A DNA stretch of 64,000 nt from Candidatus Gastranaerophilales bacterium (GTDB lineage Bacteria; Cyanobacteriota; Vampirovibrionia; Gastranaerophilales; Gastranaerophilaceae), in the NCBI GenBank assembly GCA_944324435.1, contig CALUWH010000006.1, positions 166 through 64,165 on the forward strand, given 5' to 3'. The notes below the pieces were generated by a model. That model made no database searches, was not told the origin of the DNA, and saw only the letters and a program-made list of their open reading frames with translations. Position numbers and translations under genes: made by a program. Shown here one piece after another: positions 1-7,522 of this stretch (positions are counted from its first letter, which is position 1; each line of letters starts with the position of its first letter).

Positions 1-71
1 AATCATACCATTTGAACCGAGCCTAAAATACCCTAAAACACAAGCAGAAAGAGGGTTGCAATCCTTTTGCC

Positions 72-205
72 CGAAATAATCACGCCATCTGCCCCGAGTA
101 GAAAAAGAGTAAAAAGAGTAATTACGGTTCACATGGTTTGATTATTTCCGACCCCCAAAAACCGCAACACAAGCCGATTGCCCAAAATAATCGCACCATC
201 TGCCC
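72..205. repeat. Three copies of a ~22-nt motif GAAATAATC-N3-CCATSTG (72-95 and 182-205 direct, 130-150 inverted)
   Basis: Read directly: cgaaataatcacgccatctgcccc, ccaaaataatcgcaccatctgccc, and the reverse complement of cacatggtttgattatttccg. Confidence 0.6.
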
Positions 206-240
206 TACGCAAAACACTCACTTCAATACATTTACAACAC

Positions 241-276
241 TAAAAAAGGGTTACAGCTAATTAGCTAAAACCCTTT
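241..276 (-). terminator. Rho-independent terminator downstream of the tRNA-fMet fragment
   Basis: Stem aaagggtt (245-252) pairs with aacccttt (269-276). An inner palindrome agctaattagct is present. An A-run at 241-247 gives a T-run on the minus strand. Confidence 0.65.
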
Positions 277-284
277 AAAATAAT

Positions 285-329
285 TGGTTGTGGGAGCTGG
301 ATTTGAACCAACGACCTTCGGGTTATGAG
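285..329 (-). pseudogene. 3' fragment (anticodon loop to CCA) of initiator tRNA-fMet(CAU); the 5' half is absent
   Basis: The minus strand reads CTCATAACCCGAAGGTCGTTGGTTCAAATCCAGCTCCCACAACCA. This nearly matches the 3' part of E. coli tRNA-fMet (CTCATAACCCGAAGGTCGTCGGTTCAAATCCGGCCCCCGCAACCA). The upstream sequence cannot form the anticodon stem, D-arm or acceptor 5' strand. Confidence 0.8.
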
Positions 330-680
330 GGGATAAACGCCCTATTTGCAATGGTTTTCACCTGTGATCGCAATTTATCAGAATTTGTCTCTGTTTGTTG
401 CAGTGCATGAATTTGAAGCAAATTTTATTCTCGTTTTTTATTAGATTTAATTTTGATTTATTAGAATTTTTGCAACTATTCTGCAATCGGAATGCGATTA
501 GGGAAAGATTGAAAATTGAAGAATTGCGATTTTACATAAGGGCGAGGGAGGGGCAAATCCCCTATTTAGCCTCCTTTAATCGGAGCCATAGAAAAATTTC
601 ATAATTTTTGAAAATTTTATATTTGCCTATATAGGCGGATTTATTTTTGCTATTTACAAAAAAGATATTTATGGGTATAA

Positions 681-1781
681 TTGGATAAAAATGGATATTT
701 TTGGATAAATAAACGGATAAAGATGATTAATGAAGAAAGCATAAAAATTTCAAATCAAATGTTATCAATAATTTCAGAGCTTGATGAATTTAAAGGATCT
801 TGGAAATTGTTGGGACAATTATCACCAGAAAGACTGAAAACACTTAAAAAAGTGGCAACTATTGAAAGTGTCGGTTCTTCTAATCGTATTGAAGGCAATA
901 AACTTAGTGATAAACAGGTTGAAGAACTGTTATCAAATATAAAAAAACAATCTTTCGCAACCCGTGATGAGCAAGAAGTTGCAGGGTATGCGCGGTTAAT
1001 GGATACAATATTTGAAGATTGGGAAGTTATAAATTTTAACGAAAATTATATAAAGCAGTTGCATAAAATCCTTTTGCAATATTCAACAAAAGACGAAAGA
1101 CACAAAGGGAATTATAAAAAGATTTCAAATGCTGTTGCGGCATATTCGCCAGAAGGCAAAGAATTAGGAATCGTCTTTGAAACTGCAACACCGTTTGAAA
1201 CACCATTAAAAATGGAGGAATTGGTTAATTGGACAAGAAAAAATCTTGAAGACAGATATTATCATCCTTTAATTGTAATAGGTATTTTCATTGTTAATTT
1301 TCTTGCAATTCACCCTTTTGAAGATGGAAATGGGCGTCTTTCACGTGCAATTACTTGTTTGTTATTATTGAAATCCGGATATAATTACATGCAATATAGT
1401 TCACTAGAAGCTGTTATTGAAGATAACAAAGAAGGCTATTATAGAGCATTAAGACAAACACAAACTACACTAAAAAATAATGTACCCAATTATGAACCTT
1501 GGTTAATATTCTTTTTGAAATCTTTGCAAAAGCAAAAAATAAGACTTGAATACAAACTTAACGAAAAAGAGATAAACTTAAATCAAGAAAACTTAACGGA
1601 ACTTGAAATGCAAATTTTAGAATATTTTGAACAAAATGAGCACGGTACAAATACTAGATTGCTTGAATATACGAAAGCAAATAGAAATACACTTAAAAAA
1701 TCATTATCAAACCTTGTGAATAAAAAGTATCTAATAATGCACTCAAAAGGACGTGGAGCTTGGTATTCTATAACTAGGTAG
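681..1781 (+). CDS. Fic family protein (AMPylase-type, class II auto-inhibited) with a C-terminal wHTH-like region; the likely true start is ATG 723
   Basis: Canonical Fic motif HPFEDGNGRLSR (nt 1311-1346). An upstream inhibitory motif S-x-x-x-E-G (SNRIEG, nt 879-896) is also present. Confidence 0.9.
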   Translation: MDKNGYFWINKRIKMINEESIKISNQMLSIISELDEFKGSWKLLGQLSPERLKTLKKVATIESVGSSNRIEGNKLSDKQVEELLSNIKKQSFATRDEQEVAGYARLMDTIFEDWEVINFNENYIKQLHKILLQYSTKDERHKGNYKKISNAVAAYSPEGKELGIVFETATPFETPLKMEELVNWTRKNLEDRYYHPLIVIGIFIVNFLAIHPFEDGNGRLSRAITCLLLLKSGYNYMQYSSLEAVIEDNKEGYYRALRQTQTTLKNNVPNYEPWLIFFLKSLQKQKIRLEYKLNEKEINLNQENLTELEMQILEYFEQNEHGTNTRLLEYTKANRNTLKKSLSNLVNKKYLIMHSKGRGAWYSITR

Positions 1782-1835
1782 CTTAATTATTTATTTTTAT
1801 TGAGTTATAGCATCGCTTAAATCTCTATCATCGTA

Positions 1836-1979
1836 TTAATTTTTATTTTGGGATGATTGAGGTTTTGGGTCTGCTGGTCTTGGTGTTTTTTTATCTGTAT
1901 TTACACCGCCTTTTTTTTCATAACCTTCATTAAATTTAGTATATCCGTTGATAGCTTTTATTGTTTTATTCTCCTTCAT
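1836..1979 (-). CDS. Small hypothetical protein (47 aa, MKENKTIKAINGYTKFNEGYEKKGG...)
   Basis: ORF below the track cutoff, preceded by a strong SD GAGGAGG 7 nt upstream of the ATG. No recognisable family. Confidence 0.3.
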   Translation of the reverse strand: MKENKTIKAINGYTKFNEGYEKKGGVNTDKKTPRPADPKPQSSQNKN

Positions 1980-2035
1980 TTTTTTCCTCCTCTGGCTTAT
2001 AAAATTCTATTGTAATATCATTTTCACATCTTGTT

Positions 2036-2230
2036 ATGCCATTAACCAATGGTACAAACGGACTTGAAGAAATTCGCTGTAATCTGCCAAACGGGATTGC
2101 AAGAATTATCTTTTGTGTTGAAGATAACTCTATCATACTTTTACACGCATTTATCAAGAAAACTCAAAAAACACCGCAAAAAGACTTAGATATAGCAATA
2201 AAACGTTATAAGGATTTAAGCAAAAGATAG
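2036..2230 (+). pseudogene. N-terminally truncated RelE/HigB (Gp49-like) toxin remnant
   Basis: The C-terminal signature ...IARIIFCVEDNSIILLHAFIKKTQKTPQKDLDIAIKRYKDL is typical of Gp49/HigB-like toxins. About 45 N-terminal residues are missing, with an in-frame stop upstream. Confidence 0.55.
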
Positions 2231-2237
2231 AATAACT

Positions 2238-2636
2238 ATGACCTATTTTGACATAGGTATATTGCATAATAAAAGTACAAAGGACAAAAAAATGAAATAT
2301 TTAATACGAGCAAACAAAGTAGTTTTTAGCGGAAATATGCAAATGATAATAAAGTACATTTCAGATTTTTATAAATCGGAAACTAAGGAATGGACTGGTA
2401 AAAGCGGTGAATGGAACGACTTAGGGAAGTTTAAAACTTTTATAGAATCTATGGGATATTCAATCAAAGATAAAATTCCTTCAAATTGTCGTTGTGAGGG
2501 AACTGCGGTAACAAACTACGAATTTATTAAAGTGTGGTGTGAATGTAAGTTTGATATTCAAGCTGTTGCTGAAAGGTTACACATAGATAAAAGAACTGTT
2601 GCACAAATTGTTAGAAAGTTAAAATTAAGGAAATAA
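2238..2636 (+). CDS. Hypothetical protein with a C-terminal HTH-like segment; likely start ATG 2292; abuts rtcB
   Basis: The C-terminus DIQAVAERLHIDKRTVAQIVRKL resembles a resolvase/sigma-r4-type HTH. Its stop lies 2 nt before the rtcB ATG. Confidence 0.45.
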   Translation: MTYFDIGILHNKSTKDKKMKYLIRANKVVFSGNMQMIIKYISDFYKSETKEWTGKSGEWNDLGKFKTFIESMGYSIKDKIPSNCRCEGTAVTNYEFIKVWCECKFDIQAVAERLHIDKRTVAQIVRKLKLRK

Positions 2637-2638
2637 TT

Positions 2639-3760
2639 ATGTATGAGATTCAAGGCAAATATACATCAGCAAAAGTTTTTACAGAAAATGAAGAGACTGA
2701 TATTACAGAACAAATATTAGCAATTTGCAACCACCCGATATTCAATGGTTGCAAAGTAAGAATTATGCCGGATTGTCATAGAGGCAAAGGTTGTACAATA
2801 GGGTTTACAGCTGAAATACCGAAAAATGGAGAGATTATTCCAAATATAATCGGAGTAGACCAATCCTGCGGAATGCTTACTGTAAAACTCAAAAAATCTA
2901 AAACTCTGAATGATTTTGCAAAATTAGACAAAGTTATTAGAGAATGTGTTCCATTCGGGCAAAACGGCAGAAAAGAAATAAGCTCGCATGTTCCTAATAA
3001 TTTGGTAGAAAAAGTCAAACAAATTTCAATAGACTACTTGAAAGAAAAAGCTGACAGTGATTTAAGAAAAATCGGTTCATTGGGAGGCGGAAATCATTTT
3101 ATTTCAATCGAAAAAGGAACAACCGGTACTTACTTGATTATTCATACAGGTTCAAGAAATTTTGGCAAAAAACTTGCAATTTATTTTCAAACATTAGCAA
3201 TAGAACAAAATTGTTATGGGGAGGGTGAATTAAAAAATTTATCTTATTTAACCGGTAAAAATGCTCAAGATTATCTTGAATGTGCACAAGTTTGTAATGA
3301 ATATGCACATTTCAATCGTTATGTTATTGCAAAAGAGATTTTGAATGCTATGGGGTGGAAGTCAGAAGATGAATTTGAAACAGTCCATAATTATATTGGC
3401 CAAGATAATATAATCAGAAAAGGTGCAATTTCTTGCTATAAGGATGAAAAAGTCTTAATACCTCTCAATATGGTAGATGGCTCACTAATTTGTATCGGCA
3501 GAGGAAATTCTGATTGGAATAACTCCGCTCCACATGGTGCAGGCAGGGCATTATCTCGGACACAGGCAAAAGAACAATTAACAATGCAAGAATACAAAAA
3601 GCAGATGAAAAACATATTTTCAAGCTGTGTTTCAATCGCTACACTTGATGAAGCTCCAATGGCTTACAAAAATAGTGATGAGATAATTTCAGCGATTGCA
3701 CACACCGCTCAAATTATAGACCACTTGAAACCGTTATACAACTTTAAAGCAGAAGAATAG
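2639..3760 (+). CDS. rtcB: RtcB family RNA 3'-phosphate ligase
   Basis: Conserved RtcB blocks are present: MPDCHRGKG, GGGNHFISIE, HTGSRNFG, HNY, APHGAGR. Confidence 0.9.
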   Translation: MYEIQGKYTSAKVFTENEETDITEQILAICNHPIFNGCKVRIMPDCHRGKGCTIGFTAEIPKNGEIIPNIIGVDQSCGMLTVKLKKSKTLNDFAKLDKVIRECVPFGQNGRKEISSHVPNNLVEKVKQISIDYLKEKADSDLRKIGSLGGGNHFISIEKGTTGTYLIIHTGSRNFGKKLAIYFQTLAIEQNCYGEGELKNLSYLTGKNAQDYLECAQVCNEYAHFNRYVIAKEILNAMGWKSEDEFETVHNYIGQDNIIRKGAISCYKDEKVLIPLNMVDGSLICIGRGNSDWNNSAPHGAGRALSRTQAKEQLTMQEYKKQMKNIFSSCVSIATLDEAPMAYKNSDEIISAIAHTAQIIDHLKPLYNFKAEE

Positions 3761-3904
3761 ACCAATGGAAGACAACATATTTAATGAAAGCTGAAAACAA
3801 ATTAATATGAATTTTTGTAAATAGCCGGATTAGGTAAAAAATTATTTTTAAACGAGTATTTTATCATATATTTAGACAAAATATTCTTGAGGAGGATTTA
3901 ATGA

Positions 3905-4450
3905 TTAATCAGAAACAAAGATATATATTTTTTTGTTTTCAAAGATGAATAATCCTGCAACGCCGTTTTCTTTTGAAGGCTGTTTGACAAACTTCTCGTC
4001 AATATATGACCATCTGCATTCAAAATCTCTTGAGATTCCGATGTAGTTTCCTTTTTCCTCCGGTATAACAAAATCATTTGACAGAATAAGATCACACCAC
4101 ATTATCATGAATGATTCTTCGCTAGAAAAATCTGAAAGGGCTTCCTTTATACCGGAAATAGTACCTTTTTTAGAAGCTTTTATAATTTTATAGTTATATT
4201 TATCTCCAAAAGCTTGAAGGTATTTTTCAAGAACATCTGTTTTGTAATCTGCAATTATAGTAAAATCAGCTTCAGGGAACTTTTGAAACGCATAAAATAA
4301 AATCGGCAGATTATTAACAGGCACCAAACATTTAGGCTTGTTTCTGGTAAGTCATTCCAGTCTTGTTCCTTTACCGCCGGCTTGTATAATTATTTTCGGG
4401 CGTGTATTTTTATTCGTTTTATCATATTCCTGATGTAAAATTGTTCCCAT
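3905..4450 (-). pseudogene. Sugar-phosphate nucleotidyltransferase pseudogene (in-frame TGA at 4352-4354, truncated C-terminus)
   Basis: ATG 4450 gives ...IIIQAGGKGTRLE-TGA-LTRNKPKCLVPVNNLPIL..., the GxGTRL and PKxLVPV nucleotidyltransferase signature. The ORF ends after ~180 codons, at a junction with a plus-strand SD+ATG stub. Confidence 0.7.
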
Positions 4451-4927
4451 TTATAAACACACTCCTTCACGAAATCTCAAGTTCATATTCTCGTTTACGC
4501 CAATAAATTGTAAAGTCTGTTCTACTGTTGACTGATTAAAAAGCCATTGCAGATACGATAAATCCTTGTACTTTTGATAATAATGATAAGCAAAGGTTTT
4601 ACGCCAGGAAGCGACTGAATAATTGTGTAATGCTAATTCCGTACAGATATTCCTGAATGAATTAAAAACAGTACTTCTGTTTAGAGGTTTACCTTGTCTT
4701 GTACTAAAAATATAATCATTATTATTTTTATCTTTAATAAGTGTTAATATAAGTTCTTTCATATTGTTATTCAGGGGAAAAGTTTTGGAATTTTCTAAGA
4801 CAAGATATTGCTTATTTTTAACATCTTTCACACGCAGTTTTAGCATGTCGTTGAGTGCAAAACCTGTATTGATTCCGATTTCAAACAACAATAGATCCCG
4901 GTAGTTGTTCTGCTTTCTATACAACAA
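4451..4927 (-). CDS. Tyrosine-recombinase catalytic-domain-like protein, short and probably inactive
   Basis: It aligns by eye to the integrase C-terminal domain. GINTGFALNDMLKLRVKDV matches box I but lacks the Arg. SWRKTFAYHY matches HxxR. QSTVEQTLQFI matches the region that should carry the catalytic Tyr, here Phe. There is no N-terminal SAM-like domain. Confidence 0.45.
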   Translation of the reverse strand: MLYRKQNNYRDLLLFEIGINTGFALNDMLKLRVKDVKNKQYLVLENSKTFPLNNNMKELILTLIKDKNNNDYIFSTRQGKPLNRSTVFNSFRNICTELALHNYSVASWRKTFAYHYYQKYKDLSYLQWLFNQSTVEQTLQFIGVNENMNLRFREGVCL

Positions 4928-5036
4928 CTTGATATTATCTATAGTTTTAGTATCTTTTATTGATTAGCAAAGGGGCGCTTTTCTGCAAGCCTTTTTTATG
5001 TTAGAATAAGTCTGTAGAAGAAATGAGTTTTTAGAT

Positions 5037-6110
5037 ATGTTCCCAAAAAGAATAAAAACCAATATGGAAACGGAAATTCTTGAGCAAAAAAAGATTATTC
5101 CATATATATTGATGAAATATATTAATTCCCATACAGGTGAAATAAGAATAGATTTGCCTCAGAATATTACAAAAATTGTTCTTGTTGCGAGCGGTTCGTC
5201 ATATCACTGTGCGAGATTTGCCGTCGATTTATTGGAAAAAATCTCAAAGATTGAAACACGCGCAATATATTCAAGTGAATTTTTGCTCAAGAGCGTTATA
5301 CCCAAAGATGAGAACACATTATACATTTTTATCACCCAGTCTGGAGAAACAAGTGATACTGTTAAGTCTGCGAGAAGGGTAAAGGATTCCACTAATCTGC
5401 CCACTCTATGTATAACAAATAGCGAAAACTCAACCATTTGGAACCTGTGTGATTATAAAGCGGCTTGTTTTGCCGGAAAAGAGAGAGGTATTGCTGCAAC
5501 AAAATCATTTACTTCCCAGATGCTGTGTCTTATTTTGATTTCTTTGAAGCTGGTCGAAATTCTTCACCGCTCCAATGAACAGACAAAAGAGTATATAGAA
5601 TCTTTGAATTATTTGCCAATAATAATTGAGAGAGCTTTAAATAAGCGAGATGAGATAAAGAAGCTCGCAAAAATTTTATCTAAAGAAAAATTGATTGTTA
5701 TAACAGCAGACGGAATTTCTTATTCACTTGCCAAGGAGGCTGCTTTAAAAATAAAAGAGACCTCATACAAAAATATAAGCGCAGCAATTTTGGGCGAATT
5801 TATGCACGGGCATGTTGCTGTTTTTAACAATCACGGAACATTACTCTACATTGCGGTTGATCAGATATCAGAACGTTCTTCAGTTAACCTCAACAAAATA
5901 AAGCAGGATTACAATCCGCGCCTTGTCATTATTGGCCCTTCAGGAGCAGATATTAAACCCGATATAAATATTAATGTGGAATGTGATAATGAAATCCAGC
6001 AGATGTTTGCAAATGTTATTATCTGCCAGCAGCTTGCCTTAGAAACTGCACTAAACCTCGGGAGAAACGTTGACCATCCCAAAGGGCTGACAAAAGTTTT
6101 AAAGACATGA
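5037..6110 (+). CDS. Double-SIS-domain sugar-phosphate isomerase/deaminase (GlmS isomerase-domain-like)
   Basis: VASGSSYHCARFA and ITQSGETSDT motifs are present, the size fits two SIS domains, and the C-terminus is GlmS-like. Confidence 0.75.
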   Translation: MFPKRIKTNMETEILEQKKIIPYILMKYINSHTGEIRIDLPQNITKIVLVASGSSYHCARFAVDLLEKISKIETRAIYSSEFLLKSVIPKDENTLYIFITQSGETSDTVKSARRVKDSTNLPTLCITNSENSTIWNLCDYKAACFAGKERGIAATKSFTSQMLCLILISLKLVEILHRSNEQTKEYIESLNYLPIIIERALNKRDEIKKLAKILSKEKLIVITADGISYSLAKEAALKIKETSYKNISAAILGEFMHGHVAVFNNHGTLLYIAVDQISERSSVNLNKIKQDYNPRLVIIGPSGADIKPDININVECDNEIQQMFANVIICQQLALETALNLGRNVDHPKGLTKVLKT

Positions 6111-6174
6111 AATCTTGTTTCTTAGAGCATTGATAATGCAGTCGTATAGGCGGTTTGCCTAGGTTTAGGGAATT

Positions 6175-6501
6175 TTACTTGTCGCATCTTTTGCTATAAT
6201 ACTCACCCCACTCTGCCATAGATTGTAAAACGGGGTTTAATGTCATGCCGAGTTCTGATAATTTATACTCAACCCTTGGCGGAACCTCGGGATAAATTTT
6301 GCGAATCAAAAGTCCGTTTCCCTCAAGTTCGCGCAGATTGTCGGTTAACACTTTTTGAGAACATCCGACACTCCGCTGCAGTTCGCCAAAACGTTTTACA
6401 CCTCCGAGCAGGTCGCGGATGATGAGAATTTTCCACTTGTTGCCGATAAGTTTTAATAACACTGCAACAGGACAGGGCGGTAAATCTTTTTTGTCTAACA
6501 T
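6175..6501 (-). CDS. HxlR family transcriptional regulator
   Basis: CPVAVLLKLIGNKWKILIIRDL...RFGELQRSV...LTDNLRELEGNGLLIRKIYPEVPPRVEYKLSELG is typical of HxlR. Confidence 0.85.
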   Translation of the reverse strand: MLDKKDLPPCPVAVLLKLIGNKWKILIIRDLLGGVKRFGELQRSVGCSQKVLTDNLRELEGNGLLIRKIYPEVPPRVEYKLSELGMTLNPVLQSMAEWGEYYSKRCDK

Positions 6502-6616
6502 GCTTGTTTTTCCTCAATAGTTACTTTTTTAATACTACATTACAAAATTGTGCCTACTTTACTTTTGTACTGCTACAGTTTAACATAATATTGTAAAAAA
6601 AGAAAGGCGGTATAAA

Positions 6617-7036
6617 ATGGAAATTATTGTAAAAAATTACAAAGAAGAAAAAGGCAAACTTCAAGGCCAGGGCCAAAATACTTATAACGTAAAACCAATT
6701 GCGGCAGGAAAATGCAGCGCTAACTTTGTTGAAGTCGAACCGGGAAATTTTGCATACGGCTACCACTGGCACGAAGAAAACGAAGAAGTATTTTATATAA
6801 TATCAGGCGAAGCTTCTGTTAAGACCGTAAACGGTGATATCAGACTCAAACAGGGCGATGCTATATATTTCCCTGCAAATGAAAAGGGCTCACACGTAAT
6901 CTCTAACCCATCAAAGACCGAAAAACTCGTTTATCTTGATTTCGGCACCCTGAATAAACCTGATGTTGTTCATTTTACGGGAACAAATGCCGGCATGGTA
7001 ATTTCAAATACAGGCGTACACCATTTGGAGTTTTAG
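6617..7036 (+). CDS. Cupin domain protein
   Basis: Cupin_2 motif GYHWHEENEEVFYIISGEA...GDAIYFPANEKGSH. It is divergent from the HxlR gene. Confidence 0.75.
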   Translation: MEIIVKNYKEEKGKLQGQGQNTYNVKPIAAGKCSANFVEVEPGNFAYGYHWHEENEEVFYIISGEASVKTVNGDIRLKQGDAIYFPANEKGSHVISNPSKTEKLVYLDFGTLNKPDVVHFTGTNAGMVISNTGVHHLEF

Positions 7037-7182
7037 AATATGAGTGTTGAGCAAAATAAAGAATTAATGAAAAAATTCGAGATAATGATAACTACTGCGG
7101 ACGAGAGGCTTGCAGAAGGCATGATTGCAATTTTGCGCGGAATAGGAATTTGTCCATAGTTTCAAGAAATTGTTTGGCGGAA

Positions 7183-7300
7183 TTTTACCGAACGGTAAAA
7201 TTCCGCATGTCAAGTATGTAAAGTTTTCTAAATTTTACCGCTCGGTAAAAAACATTGACTTTGTAAACAAAAAATGTTATATTTTTACTGAACGGTAAAA
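7183..7300. promoter_or_regulatory. Three 18-bp palindromic operators TTTTACCG-NN-CGGTAAAA (7183-7200, 7233-7250, 7283-7300) upstream of hipB
   Basis: Read directly: ttttaccgaacggtaaaa, ttttaccgctcggtaaaa, ttttactgaacggtaaaa. Centre-to-centre spacing is exactly 50 bp. Confidence 0.75.
7255..7283 (+). promoter_or_regulatory. Sigma70-like promoter of hipBA (-35 TTGACT 7255-7260, 17-nt spacer, -10 TATATT 7278-7283)
   Basis: Consensus-like hexamers with 17-bp spacing, bracketed by operators 2 and 3. Confidence 0.6.
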
Positions 7301-7317
7301 TTTTATCCCATACTATC

Positions 7318-7521
7318 ATGCAAATCAAAGACTTAGAGACATTGGCAGCGCTTGTTAAAAAGACGCGCAAAGAACAAAATTTAACACAATCAGACCTTGC
7401 AGCGGCATGTGGTGTCGGTGTCAGGTATATTGTTGATTTAGAAAAAGGGAAAGAGAGCTGCCAGATAGGTAAAGCCTTAAAGATTGTTCGCATGCTCGGA
7501 ATTGAACTTGAGGCAAAGTAG
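7318..7521 (+). CDS. hipB: HipB-like XRE-family antitoxin
   Basis: The HTH region QNLTQSDLAAACGVGVRYIVDLEKGK sits immediately upstream of hipA. Confidence 0.85.
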   Translation: MQIKDLETLAALVKKTRKEQNLTQSDLAAACGVGVRYIVDLEKGKESCQIGKALKIVRMLGIELEAK

Positions 7522-7522
7522 G

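Noticed and set aside
285-360. tmRNA (ssrA) or an intact tRNA at the tRNA-like 3' end.
   Set aside because: The acceptor 3' strand (TCCCACA-A-CCA) and anticodon loop CTCATAA match initiator tRNA-fMet, not the tmRNA GGGG.../...CCACCA ends. The upstream sequence cannot form the anticodon stem, D-arm or acceptor 5' strand, so it is only a fragment.
4352-4354. TGA reassignment (genetic code 4 or 25) as the explanation for the in-frame TGA.
   Set aside because: Highly conserved genes in the same window terminate at TGA at their expected ends (atpD at 36881-36883, the SIS gene at 6108-6110, the PilP-like gene at 27175-27177). No other conserved gene shows internal TGA codons, so standard code 11 fits.
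7040-7159. 39-aa ORF (MSVEQNKELMKKFEIMITTADERLAEGMIAILRGIGICP) after the cupin gene, as a real gene.
   Set aside because: It resembles only the first ~30 residues of SnoaL/NTF2-like proteins and then stops. It is probably a truncated remnant. The evidence is too weak to list it as a feature.
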